A stretch of 64,000 bases of DNA from Candidatus Omnitrophota bacterium (GTDB lineage Bacteria > Omnitrophota > Gorgyraeia > Tantalellales > Tantalellaceae): the NCBI GenBank assembly GCA_015231405.1, contig JADGBR010000010.1, positions 14,489-78,488 on the forward strand, in the 5' to 3' direction. The notes beneath the pieces were generated by a model, which had not been told where the DNA came from, did no database searches, and saw only the letters and a program-made list of their open reading frames with translations. Shown here in pieces: positions 1 to 8,532 of the stretch (position 1 is the stretch's first letter; every line of letters begins with the position of its first letter). The position numbers and the translations under genes are program-made.

Positions 1-48
1 GGCCCCGAGATCGATCTCGTCCATTATTTCGGGGTGAACTGTTATCAT
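1..48 (-). CDS. N-terminal fragment of a CDS running off the window edge (MITVHPEIMDEIDLGA...)
   Basis: ATG at 48-46 overlaps the upstream TGA stop (ATGA coupling); frame open to position 1. Confidence 0.45.
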   Translation of the reverse strand, partial: MITVHPEIMDEIDLGA

Positions 49-365
49 TTAACAATAGAACCGGTCTCGATGTCGCGTTCCGGAGAAAGAATGGCATGCC
101 CGCTCGCATCGCTCGCGGCAAGAAGCATCCCGTTAGACTGCTCTCCCCTTATCACCGCAGGATCCAGGTTAGCTATGACCACTATTTTCTTCCCGATAAG
201 AGTCTCAGGGGGATATGAAGAGCGTATGCCCGCGACTATCTGCCTTGTCTCGGCGCCCAAAGACACTTTGAGTACGAGAAGCTTATCCGCGTTAGGATGT
301 ACGGCGGCCTCAATTATTTCGGCTACCCTAAAGTCCAGCTTTTTAAAATCTTCGTAAGTCGCCAT
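45..365 (-). CDS. Stand-alone tRNA-binding OB-fold protein (Trbp111/CsaA/MetRS C-terminal-like)
   Basis: Motifs DFKKLDFRVAEI, HPNADKLLVLKV, RQIVAGI, NLDPAVIRGEQSNGMLLAA. Confidence 0.9.
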   Translation of the reverse strand: MATYEDFKKLDFRVAEIIEAAVHPNADKLLVLKVSLGAETRQIVAGIRSSYPPETLIGKKIVVIANLDPAVIRGEQSNGMLLAASDASGHAILSPERDIETGSIVK

Positions 366-386
366 ATTAAACAGCCCTTTAAAAAA

Positions 387-716
387 TTACTTTTTTCCTT
401 CCGGAGCCTTGGGAGAAGCGCCTTTCGCAGCAGCTCCAGCTTTCGGAGAGGCTCCCGCTTTCGGTGCAGCCTGAGCCTTCTGCGCACCTGCCGGGGCGCC
501 CGCCGGGGCACCTGCTTCCTGAGCCCCTTCTTCGGCCGCAGCCTTCGTCTTCTTCGCCTTAAAGAGGATCCTCTTGACCTTAGGTAATTTGTATACCGAA
601 TCCTTCTCTTCGAGCCAACTCTCTTTCTCCGCTAATTCCTTAACCCTCTCATGACGTTTTATAACTGAACGGAATTTTCCTTCAGCTCCCGACTTCAGAC
701 TTGGATGTTGTGACAT
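387..716 (-). CDS. PVC-signature small basic protein with Ala/Lys/Pro-rich C-terminal tail
   Basis: MSQHPSLK...RSVIKRHERV...SVYKLPKVK matches the PVC small basic protein pattern; SD GGAGG upstream. Confidence 0.8.
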   Translation of the reverse strand: MSQHPSLKSGAEGKFRSVIKRHERVKELAEKESWLEEKDSVYKLPKVKRILFKAKKTKAAAEEGAQEAGAPAGAPAGAQKAQAAPKAGASPKAGAAAKGASPKAPEGKK

Positions 717-753
717 TAATATCCTCCCGGAAAAATAGTACCTTAAAATAAAA

Positions 754-1398
754 TTATTGTTTGTCTTCCCTTATAAAACAGCCGTTATAAGTAGCATTGA
801 ATTTTTCCTGAGCCTCAGTAGCATCATCTATCGTTTTATATCCTTTTACATATACCTGGTACAACTTACCGCTTTGAATAAAATCGGAATCATAACCCTG
901 GCTTTTCAATTTAGATGCCTCATCAACTGCATTTTCTTTCTTGGCATATGTTACCAGGCGAATAGTATATGACTTACCTTGCGTTTTAGCAACATTTTTT
1001 TGTTCTTCCTGTTTATCCTGAGCGTTTATCACGCTAACTTCATTTTTGTCATTCTGAGAAGACCGTTCCGTGACCGGAGAAACCTGCTCAGGGATAATTT
1101 TAGAGAGCAACGGCTCATTGCCGAGAGACCCAGACCCGTTCAGGATATTGTCCACTATTTCTTCCTTTATGATATCCGCACCCTTAACGTTCCTTTTGCC
1201 CTTCTCTATGCCAACCGCATAAGCGATAACGATTATGACTATCCATATCATAGCGACTATAGGGACAAATTCTATCGGAATGCGCAAATATGGCAGGTAC
1301 CTCTGCCTGGAGTATCCTGAGTTTTTTTTCATGCTCTTGTTGTCGTTCCCCTGAACTTTGTCCTCAGGGAAAAGGTCTTCTTGATATGATCTTTCCAT
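754..1398 (-). CDS. SPOR-domain bitopic membrane protein (FtsN/DedD-like architecture)
   Basis: One TM helix, polar linker, C-terminal YTIRLVTYAKKENA...LYQVYVKGYKTIDDA SPOR pattern. Confidence 0.8.
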   Translation of the reverse strand: MERSYQEDLFPEDKVQGNDNKSMKKNSGYSRQRYLPYLRIPIEFVPIVAMIWIVIIVIAYAVGIEKGKRNVKGADIIKEEIVDNILNGSGSLGNEPLLSKIIPEQVSPVTERSSQNDKNEVSVINAQDKQEEQKNVAKTQGKSYTIRLVTYAKKENAVDEASKLKSQGYDSDFIQSGKLYQVYVKGYKTIDDATEAQEKFNATYNGCFIREDKQ

Positions 1399-2129
1399 TA
1401 TTCGCTCCCTATCTTTATGTCTATCTTATCCGTATTTACGTTAACCCAGTTCTTTTTGGTATTACCTTCCACCGCGATGCTGATCTTATACCAGTCTTTC
1501 CCCCCGCATTTTGAAAGGACATAATCGCGAAAATCTCCCAGGAGATCCTTGGAAAGCTTTCCCGAAAGCATTATGTCAAGGTTCACATAAATATCGCCAA
1601 GGCGCATCTGATGGACCATGTCGCCGTTCAGAAGCACGTCATCCGAAACCGCCTGAAAATCTCTTATTACCGTACTTGCGTTACCTTCCTCTATCATAAA
1701 ATTAACATGGTCATATTTTGTTTCCCGGCTGAAGATCTTACCTACGACAGGGTCAAGCGAAGGTATCTTCCCCTCGAGCCCGGATTTTTCGAAAGAAACG
1801 CCGCTCAAGCTGCAGTACCCGATAAACTTCCCTTCCCTATAGGATTCAACAAGCGATATTTTCATGACCGCCTTTTCAGCAGAGATGACAAGATCGGCTT
1901 TTTTTACAGCCAGACTGAAATTCTGGTAATAAAGCTGTTCAAAGACATTGCCGCTTCGCTGGGAAAAAGACATGTCATAACCCGAAAAATACCTGCAATA
2001 CATAATAGCCAGAACATCGACACATAGGACAGCCCATGACAATAAAGCCAAGGCCATTACTAGCACCATGACCCTCCAAAAAGTCCTTGTCTCAGGGATC
2101 CTCGCGGCTTTATTTATTATCATTCTCAA
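1398..2129 (-). CDS. Hypothetical protein with N-terminal membrane anchor and beta-rich exported domain
   Basis: 243 aa ORF overlapping both neighbours; hydrophobic N-terminal segment. Confidence 0.65.
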   Translation of the reverse strand: MRMIINKAARIPETRTFWRVMVLVMALALLSWAVLCVDVLAIMYCRYFSGYDMSFSQRSGNVFEQLYYQNFSLAVKKADLVISAEKAVMKISLVESYREGKFIGYCSLSGVSFEKSGLEGKIPSLDPVVGKIFSRETKYDHVNFMIEEGNASTVIRDFQAVSDDVLLNGDMVHQMRLGDIYVNLDIMLSGKLSKDLLGDFRDYVLSKCGGKDWYKISIAVEGNTKKNWVNVNTDKIDIKIGSE

Positions 2130-3636
2130 GCTCTTTTTTCAGAAGATTAAGTATCTTTTTCTGAGCAATGACCTCGCAGAAAATCTTAACAATGCCCGGG
2201 TCGAACTGCGAGCCGCTATTCCGTTTGACCTCTTCGACCGCGGCGGATATAGACAGTGCCTTCCGGTAAGACTTCTTCGTGATCATCGCCTCAAAGGCAG
2301 AAATAACCGCCATCACCCTGGCGGCCAGAGGTATCTCCTCTTTCTTGAGCCCGCGAGGATAGCCGGTTCCGTTATAATTCTCGTGATGGTAAAGGATGAT
2401 AGGTATTATGGGTTTAAGGGCCTTCGATTTCGAGAGGATATCGGCACCTTTAAGGGTATGCTTTTTTATGATATCGAATTCGCTGCCTGTCAAAACACCC
2501 TTTTTCATTAAAAGTTTCTCGGGGATACTGATCTGGCCTGTGTCGTGAAGCATGGCCGCGTACTGCATCATTTTTATCTCCGTCTCGTTCATGTTCAATT
2601 TAAATCCGATCGTTTTGATAAGGTGCCTAAAAGAAGCTTCTGCCACGAACCCGCCGTGGGGCCTTGCCTGCAATAAGCCCGCTATGCACTGGATGCTGCT
2701 CATGGTAAGGCGTTCCTGCTCCTCGTAAAGCTGGGCGTTCTTAATGGCTGTGATGGCCTGTTCCGCCAGAGTTTCCATTATCTCGGAATCATTTTCAGCA
2801 AAAGAAGTCCCGTCGATCTTGTCGTATAATGTGATCACTCCAAGGACATCGCCCTCTATGAGAGGTGTGGCGAGGTAATTCCTGCCCATGATCGACCTGG
2901 ATTGTTTTACTGCACGGCCCGGGGCATACCTGCCAATGGCCACCTTTTTTAGCTTCGTTTTTGTGCTCCGGAGATCTATTGTGGCCACCGGAAGAAGAGT
3001 CTTCCTTTTTTTATCAAGGAGCTTTATGGAACAGCGGTAGGCTTTCATGACCTGCAGTGATAGCCTCGCTATCCTCGGTACCAGTTCGTTAAAATCCAGC
3101 GTCGAGCTCATCAGCCTGTGCAGCGTGTGGACCGTCGACAGGGCTAAAGCCCTAGGACGGATCGTTTCGTTGAGGTCCTCGATCTCCAGTTCCTTCCTGG
3201 ATTCCCTAACGGCCGCGTCCAAATGTTCCTGGTAGAACGCCAATATCTCATTCGAAAGAACGGACGTGACTCCAGCGATAACCACGGCTCCAAGGACATG
3301 GCCGTCGGATCTCAGGAAGAAAATATACCCCTTATTATTCCTGCTCGACCGGAACTCGCCGGACTGTTTTTCGTGATAAACCCCTTTAATAGACCTTAGA
3401 AGTATATCAAGATCTTTTCTCCCTTCGCTTTTCGCTATATCCCTCGATACCATCCATTTCTGGATATTAGCCCCCATGAGCTTGTGGTCGGATTCGGATA
3501 TAAGGGGCAGAAGCAGCCAGGCATGGGTGCCGAATAACCTCAAATGTCCGGAAAACCCGTTATCCTCCTGCCATCTTGAGCGCAATTTTTCGAAAAGCCT
3601 CTGTAAGTATATCCTTTCCTTCTTCTTGATGTTCAT
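2110..3636 (-). CDS. GAF + HD-GYP domain protein, catalytic site apparently degenerate
   Basis: GAF (YLATPLIEGDVLGVITLYDK...AEQAITAIKNAQLYE), LHDTGQ, HHENYNGTGYP, QFDP. Confidence 0.85.
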   Translation of the reverse strand: MNIKKKERIYLQRLFEKLRSRWQEDNGFSGHLRLFGTHAWLLLPLISESDHKLMGANIQKWMVSRDIAKSEGRKDLDILLRSIKGVYHEKQSGEFRSSRNNKGYIFFLRSDGHVLGAVVIAGVTSVLSNEILAFYQEHLDAAVRESRKELEIEDLNETIRPRALALSTVHTLHRLMSSTLDFNELVPRIARLSLQVMKAYRCSIKLLDKKRKTLLPVATIDLRSTKTKLKKVAIGRYAPGRAVKQSRSIMGRNYLATPLIEGDVLGVITLYDKIDGTSFAENDSEIMETLAEQAITAIKNAQLYEEQERLTMSSIQCIAGLLQARPHGGFVAEASFRHLIKTIGFKLNMNETEIKMMQYAAMLHDTGQISIPEKLLMKKGVLTGSEFDIIKKHTLKGADILSKSKALKPIIPIILYHHENYNGTGYPRGLKKEEIPLAARVMAVISAFEAMITKKSYRKALSISAAVEEVKRNSGSQFDPGIVKIFCEVIAQKKILNLLKKELENDNK

Positions 3637-3639
3637 ATA

Positions 3640-4803
3640 TCATACCCTTTCATAAGGCTCGAATAGTTTTTTATACTGGTCCAAAGCGTATCTATCCGTC
3701 ATTCCCGCTATGTAATCACAAATGGCCCGGTACTCTCCTCTTCCCGTCATTTTATCCCTGACGTTGGGAGGGAGCTGCCCGGGGTCGTCCGCATAGACGT
3801 GAAAAAGGCTTTTTAGGAACCTGGACGCCTTATTGGACATCCTGATCACCCGATAATGTCTGTAAAGTTTATTGAGCAACACTTCCCTGAAATGCGCCCT
3901 TTTCCTGTTCATTTCGTCGGAAAATTCTACAAGCCTTTCCCGGAACGCTGCAAGTTCATCGATCGACTGTATCCCCGATCTCTCCAACCGTTCTATGGAG
4001 TTGCCTATTATATCGGAGACCTGCGCGTTGATGAGAGCCCTGATCATCTGCGCCCTACGGATAGTCTGGTCCACTGTTCCATACCCCTCGAGCGCCCGGC
4101 GCGCGACTTCCTCCCATAAAGGTATCTCTTCCAGGTCACTATCGGCTAGGAGCCCGCTTTTCAATCCGTCATCGATATCGTGATTATCGTAAGCTATCTC
4201 GTCAGCCACGTCAACGACCTGTATCTCGAGAAGCCACGGCCCGGGAACATCCGTTCCGTAGCATCTGGAAAGATCGAACGGGGTGGAATGTTTAATGATG
4301 CCTCTCCTCACCTCCGAGGAAAGGTTCAGCCCCGGGAAATCCGGATATCTTTCTTCAAGCAGGTCTACTACCCTGAGCCCGTGAGAGTTATGATCGAACC
4401 CTCCGTGGTCCTTCATGAGCTCCATAAGGGTATCCTCACCCGCGTGGCCGAAAGGGGTGTGCCCGACATCATGAACAAGCGCTATAGCCTCTACCAGTTC
4501 CTCGTTAAGCCTGAGCGCCCTGGCTATGGTGCGGGCGATCTGCGCGACTTCAAGGGTATGGGTGAGCCTTGTTCTGTAATAATCCCCCTCATGGTTCACA
4601 AAGACTTGAGTCTTATACTCGAGACGCCTGAACGCCGTGGAATAGATGATCCTGTCCTTGTCGCGCTGGTAAACAGACCGGTAGGCGTGCTCGTCCTCTT
4701 TGTGGGCCCTACCCATGCTTTCCCTGCTTTTCATGGCGTACGGGGCCAGAAGTTCATATTCCCTGTTCTCTATGTCTTCTCTGGAAAGGATTCTTATACC
4801 CAT
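3640..4803 (-). CDS. dgt: Deoxyguanosinetriphosphate triphosphohydrolase (dGTPase)
   Basis: RDKDRIIYSTAFRRLEYKTQVF, RTRLTHTLEV, HDVGHTPFGHAGE, DYIAGMTD. Confidence 0.95.
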   Translation of the reverse strand: MGIRILSREDIENREYELLAPYAMKSRESMGRAHKEDEHAYRSVYQRDKDRIIYSTAFRRLEYKTQVFVNHEGDYYRTRLTHTLEVAQIARTIARALRLNEELVEAIALVHDVGHTPFGHAGEDTLMELMKDHGGFDHNSHGLRVVDLLEERYPDFPGLNLSSEVRRGIIKHSTPFDLSRCYGTDVPGPWLLEIQVVDVADEIAYDNHDIDDGLKSGLLADSDLEEIPLWEEVARRALEGYGTVDQTIRRAQMIRALINAQVSDIIGNSIERLERSGIQSIDELAAFRERLVEFSDEMNRKRAHFREVLLNKLYRHYRVIRMSNKASRFLKSLFHVYADDPGQLPPNVRDKMTGRGEYRAICDYIAGMTDRYALDQYKKLFEPYERV

Positions 4804-4820
4804 AGTTTATGGAAAACGCT

Positions 4821-5312
4821 TCAGATGTTAATTATCTTCCCTTCTATCCGACCGCGATCGTTAATTTCTATTATCCCAAACGACCGGGTATCAGAATAGA
4901 CCATATCGGTGGGACTACCAGGGTTGAAATACAGTATGCCGGAGATGACCTCGTTGTAAGGCGTATGCGAATGTCCGAAAATGATTATATCAGGACGCTC
5001 ACTCTTGAAAGAATCCCTTACGAATTCAACCATCCTGGGAATGCTGCCCGAACCGTGAATAAGCCCTACTTTTTTACCTTGAGCCTCAAAAACCAGCTTT
5101 GACGGGAATCTCTTCTTAAGGTCAGGACTGTCCATATTGCCATGAACGACCTTAACATCGGACAATTTTGCCAGATCGTCGATGACTTCCTTAACGCAAA
5201 TATCTCCGGCATGAGCGATAACATCGCACTCGCCCAGCAGTTTAATGACTTTTTGGGGAAGACGCTCGGCGGAAAAAGGGATATGCGTATCCGACAGAAC
5301 CCCTATTTTCAT
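4821..5312 (-). CDS. Metallophosphoesterase, YfcE/MJ0936 family
   Basis: SDTH, HAGD, GNMD, HG, GHSH, NPGS motifs. Confidence 0.92.
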   Translation of the reverse strand: MKIGVLSDTHIPFSAERLPQKVIKLLGECDVIAHAGDICVKEVIDDLAKLSDVKVVHGNMDSPDLKKRFPSKLVFEAQGKKVGLIHGSGSIPRMVEFVRDSFKSERPDIIIFGHSHTPYNEVISGILYFNPGSPTDMVYSDTRSFGIIEINDRGRIEGKIINI

Positions 5313-6940
5313 AATACGATCTCGAATTTATTAAAAAGGCGCAATAACTGGTTCAACTGCTTAATATCCCATACCCAGACCCCGTTCTCTTTAGCCATGA
5401 GAAAAGCGTTATGATCTATATCCTGGAACGGTATGATCATACGCCTGGCTATAACTGAATTCTCAGAGGACTTACTCTTACAAAGCGCCATTACATCATT
5501 TTCGTCCGTTATGTCCTCTCGCTTAATATGGCATAGCCAGGTCTGTTTTCCTTTACGGCCCAAAACCTCGAACATGTTCCCGGATATCTTCGCCGACCTT
5601 ACCTCGTCAAAGAACGGAAGCTGCCTTTCCTGCATATTGATATTGACCTTTTCGTCCCTAAAAGACGAAAAAAGCCCGCATATAACGTCAAGAGGGTCCC
5701 TGTGGGAGAACACGGTAAAATCGGAGAAATCTTTTTCCAATATAGCCAGGAACTCACGATATTTCATGTCGGGGTCATCGACCAGCGTGCTTTGTTTGAG
5801 ATCATATACGTTCCTTAACCAGAACTCGAAAAGCGGATCATCGATCTTGTAAAAAACTCCGGTCTTATAGACGAGATCCATCTGGATGAGCGTATTCAGT
5901 TTCTCGCTGATATCCTTGATGGTCCTTTTAATATCGTTCCTGATAAGTTTTATCTTGGAATTGCCTTTAGACAGGGATATAAGCACCGGAATAAAACTTT
6001 TCCGGGAGCTTTTCTCGAGAAAAAAGTTAATATTGTTCGTGAAATACTGATTAAGAATGCCGTCCGAGTCATAAAGGACTCCCGCCAGAGCCGAGAATAG
6101 ATGCGCTTGGTGGGCTTTCCCTTCCGTGTCTCCCTTAGCATATGCCAGCAGGCTCTTAATTGTGGTCTCAATGTAAAAAGGGTTCCCCTTCGATATCTCG
6201 AGTATGTAGTTTATGACGGAGGCCGGGATATCGATATCGCGCACCTTTTCAGCGATAAAAGACCTGGCCGTCTCGTTATCGAACCCCTCGACGTTCAGTA
6301 TCTCGAAATTGCCAAAAAGGAGCGATAACTTTTTTGACAGTATCTCTTTGAGAAGGGTTTTCTGTGAACTGGAAACGATGTACATTGTGTTCTTCTGCAC
6401 CATTATGAACTTGCCGAATATCTGGAAAGGTTTTTTTAGATTAAAATTAGAGAGATTATGGAACTCATCAAAAACGACCACGCAGTTCTTACCCGTCTCG
6501 TACTTAAAGGTCGAAGTAAGGTCCAGCAGGTTCTCGTACGCTTCCGTGTCCTTCCCCTTCTCGAGCATACCTGAGATGTCGTCTATCTGCTTAGAAGTGG
6601 CCGGCAACATTTCCCGGGTAACAGCCCTGAGGTTCTCGAACTCCCCGTCATGTTTGATCCCCATCGATCTCAGGTACTGATACAGCAGAGTGGCCATGAA
6701 CCGCGTCGAAAAAACCTTGAAATCCTCTTCCATCATCTCGATGTATATCGGAACTATCGCCGGATCCTTAAGACCTTTCAAAAAATGCCTAAGTATTGAC
6801 GATTTCCCCGCCAGCATAGACCCAGCCAGCGCCAGATTCTGCCTGTACCCGCCCTTTATGGCCGCGACCCTTTTATGCAGGATCGCGAGTATAGTCTCCC
6901 GCCCGAAAAAATTTTTCCCCGATACCGGTTCTATGAACAT
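5309..6940 (-). CDS. Archaeal-type (ATPase_2/STAND-like) ATPase with wHTH and degenerate C-terminal nuclease-like fold
   Basis: FFGRE, Walker A GSMLAGKS, Walker B VVVFDEFH, GNPFY, YKIDDPLFEFWL; start 6940 preferred (ORF open to 6979). Confidence 0.8.
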   Translation of the reverse strand: MFIEPVSGKNFFGRETILAILHKRVAAIKGGYRQNLALAGSMLAGKSSILRHFLKGLKDPAIVPIYIEMMEEDFKVFSTRFMATLLYQYLRSMGIKHDGEFENLRAVTREMLPATSKQIDDISGMLEKGKDTEAYENLLDLTSTFKYETGKNCVVVFDEFHNLSNFNLKKPFQIFGKFIMVQKNTMYIVSSSQKTLLKEILSKKLSLLFGNFEILNVEGFDNETARSFIAEKVRDIDIPASVINYILEISKGNPFYIETTIKSLLAYAKGDTEGKAHQAHLFSALAGVLYDSDGILNQYFTNNINFFLEKSSRKSFIPVLISLSKGNSKIKLIRNDIKRTIKDISEKLNTLIQMDLVYKTGVFYKIDDPLFEFWLRNVYDLKQSTLVDDPDMKYREFLAILEKDFSDFTVFSHRDPLDVICGLFSSFRDEKVNINMQERQLPFFDEVRSAKISGNMFEVLGRKGKQTWLCHIKREDITDENDVMALCKSKSSENSVIARRMIIPFQDIDHNAFLMAKENGVWVWDIKQLNQLLRLFNKFEIVL

Positions 6941-7015
6941 ATTGTTTGTTTCAGGTAAGCTGGTTACGTATAAATCCAAAAAAGGAAATCATAGCGTCAT
7001 TCTTCAATACATATA

Positions 7016-7044
7016 ATGATATGATATTTAGATACGGATGTCAA
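7016..7044 (-). promoter_or_regulatory. Putative sigma70 promoter for the ATPase-to-tRNA-binding-protein operon
   Basis: TTGACA-17 bp-TATCAT on minus strand. Confidence 0.6.
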
Positions 7045-7106
7045 TAAAAGACGGGGGTTATTGTTCCAAAAGATTGGAAAAACAAAGAATATATAAATGC
7101 GTTCTA

Positions 7107-7278
7107 AGCGCGAAGCCATGCGACACAACAAGAGCGAGCAAAGCCATGCGACACCAGCGAGCAAAGCCATGCGACACCAGCGAGCAAAGCCATGCGATAC
7201 ACCAGCGAGCAAAGCCATGCGATACACCAGCGAGCAAAGCCATGCGATACACCAGCGAGCAAAGCGATGCGATACAAC
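7107..7278. repeat. Tandem repeat, about 7 units of AGCGAGCAAAGCCATGCGA(TA)CACC (23 or 25 bp)
   Basis: 23 bp units at 7133 and 7156; 25 bp units at 7179, 7204, 7229; degenerate units at 7107 and 7254; no spacers. Confidence 0.95.
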
Positions 7279-7331
7279 GCAATAAGAGTCACGTGCCCAT
7301 AAGGCACACAATTTTAGGGGAAAAGGGTTCT

Positions 7332-7367
7332 TAAGGGAAAGGGGGACATTACTCCCCCTTTCCCTTA
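7332..7367. repeat. Perfect 15-bp inverted repeat TAAGGGAAAGGGGGA with 6-nt loop
   Basis: Arms 7332-7346 and 7353-7367. Confidence 0.9.
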
Positions 7368-7467
7368 TATCCCTGAAATAAAAATAACATGAAATAATAA
7401 TTGCACCAATAGGAGGGGGTGACAGTGAGCGAACCCGTTATTACCCGTCTACAAAGCGAACGCCAAG

Positions 7468-7489
7468 AGGGGGAACCAAGGTTCCCCCT
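7468..7489. repeat. 10-bp palindrome AGGGGGAACC-aa-GGTTCCCCCT
   Basis: Read directly from sequence. Confidence 0.85.
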
Positions 7490-7493
7490 ATGG

Positions 7494-7560
7494 AAAAAAT
7501 TAGGGACGTCACCCATTTTCGTAATTCATCGCTATAAATGGGTGACGTCCCTAATTTTTT
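7494..7560. repeat. Perfect 25-bp inverted repeat (REP/REPIN-like) abutting the tRNA 3' end; possible terminator
   Basis: AAAAAATTAGGGACGTCACCCATTT, 17-nt loop, exact reverse complement; both strands end in T6. Confidence 0.85.
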
Positions 7561-7633
7561 GGAGCGAGAGAGGGGAATCGAACCCCCGTAGCTAGCTTGG
7601 GAAGCTAGTGCACTACCATTGTGCTACTCTCGC
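7560..7633 (-). tRNA. tRNA-Gly (anticodon CCC), CCA encoded
   Basis: GCGAGAGTAGCACAATGGTAGTGCACTAGCTTCCCAAGCTAGCTACGGGGGTTCGATTCCCCTCTCTCGCTCCA; cloverleaf with GGTTCGA T-loop. Confidence 0.97.
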
Positions 7634-8532
7634 TAAAACCTTACAAGGGACATAAGGGCCTTGTACCTTTGCCGGATGTCCCGATCTTTAACTTTTAAAA
7701 GGGCGTTCACGCTGAAATCCTCGACCGTAAACGACGCCAATATACTACCATATACCAGCGACCTTCTCAAGTCTCTATCTGTGATCCGGCGCTTACCCGC
7801 AAGATAACCCAGCATCCCGCCCCCGAAAGTGTCACCGGCGCCAGTGGGGTCGACGACCTTTTTAACGAGATAGACCGGGACCATGAACGAAAGTCCTCCG
7901 GAGAATAAAAGCGCTCCGTGTTCCCCTTTTTTGATCACTACCTTCTTTGCCCCTTTCGAAATGATATATCTGGCGGCGTCAAGCAGGTTCGACTCGCCTG
8001 AGAGCTGTCTGGCCTCCTCGTCGTTAAGAAGAAGGATATCGATCTTTCCCAGAAGTTTCAAGAGTTCCTTTTTCTTAGTCGCTATCCAATGGTCCATAGT
8101 ATCGCAAGCGACTATCCCCGTGGCTGAGACATTCTTGAATATCCAGCCCTGAAGCTCCGGATCGATATTCGCGAGAAAAAGGCTTCTTGCTTTACGGAGC
8201 TCAATGGGTATGACCGGCTTAAAACCCTCGAAAACATTCAACTTAACGCTCAGAGTATCTCTATGGATAAGGTCCTTATGGTATTTAGCTTCCCATCTGA
8301 AAGTTTCCCCGTCCTTCCTCTCTACACCCAGGGTATTTACCCCCCGTCCCCGGAATATTTCGTAATATTTCCGGGGGAAATCCGTGCCGACAACGCTTAT
8401 GAGATTCACCGGTGAAAAGAAAGAAGCTCCCAACGCGGCATACGTAGCTGACCCGCCAAGCACATTATTTTTCTTTCCGTACAAGGTCTCAACGGTGTCA
8501 AACGCGACCGAACCTATTATCGCCAGGGACAT
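7633..8532 (-). CDS. PfkB/ribokinase-family carbohydrate or nucleoside kinase
   Basis: GSVAFD, LGGSATY, NDEEA, DPTGAGDTFGGG; ATG 8532 overlaps thiC stop (TAATG). Confidence 0.9.
   Translation of the reverse strand: MSLAIIGSVAFDTVETLYGKKNNVLGGSATYAALGASFFSPVNLISVVGTDFPRKYYEIFRGRGVNTLGVERKDGETFRWEAKYHKDLIHRDTLSVKLNVFEGFKPVIPIELRKARSLFLANIDPELQGWIFKNVSATGIVACDTMDHWIATKKKELLKLLGKIDILLLNDEEARQLSGESNLLDAARYIISKGAKKVVIKKGEHGALLFSGGLSFMVPVYLVKKVVDPTGAGDTFGGGMLGYLAGKRRITDRDLRRSLVYGSILASFTVEDFSVNALLKVKDRDIRQRYKALMSLVRF

Noticed and set aside
7107-7278. CRISPR array
   Set aside because: Units are head-to-tail with no unique spacers, and there are no cas genes in the window.
6997-7334. Five overlapping ORFs of 62-104 aa
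   Set aside because: Artefacts of the stop-poor tandem repeat; the peptides cycle through frames.
7100-7633. Prophage or genomic island at tRNA-Gly
   Set aside because: No integrase, no duplicated tRNA 3' end seen, and flanks are core-like genes.
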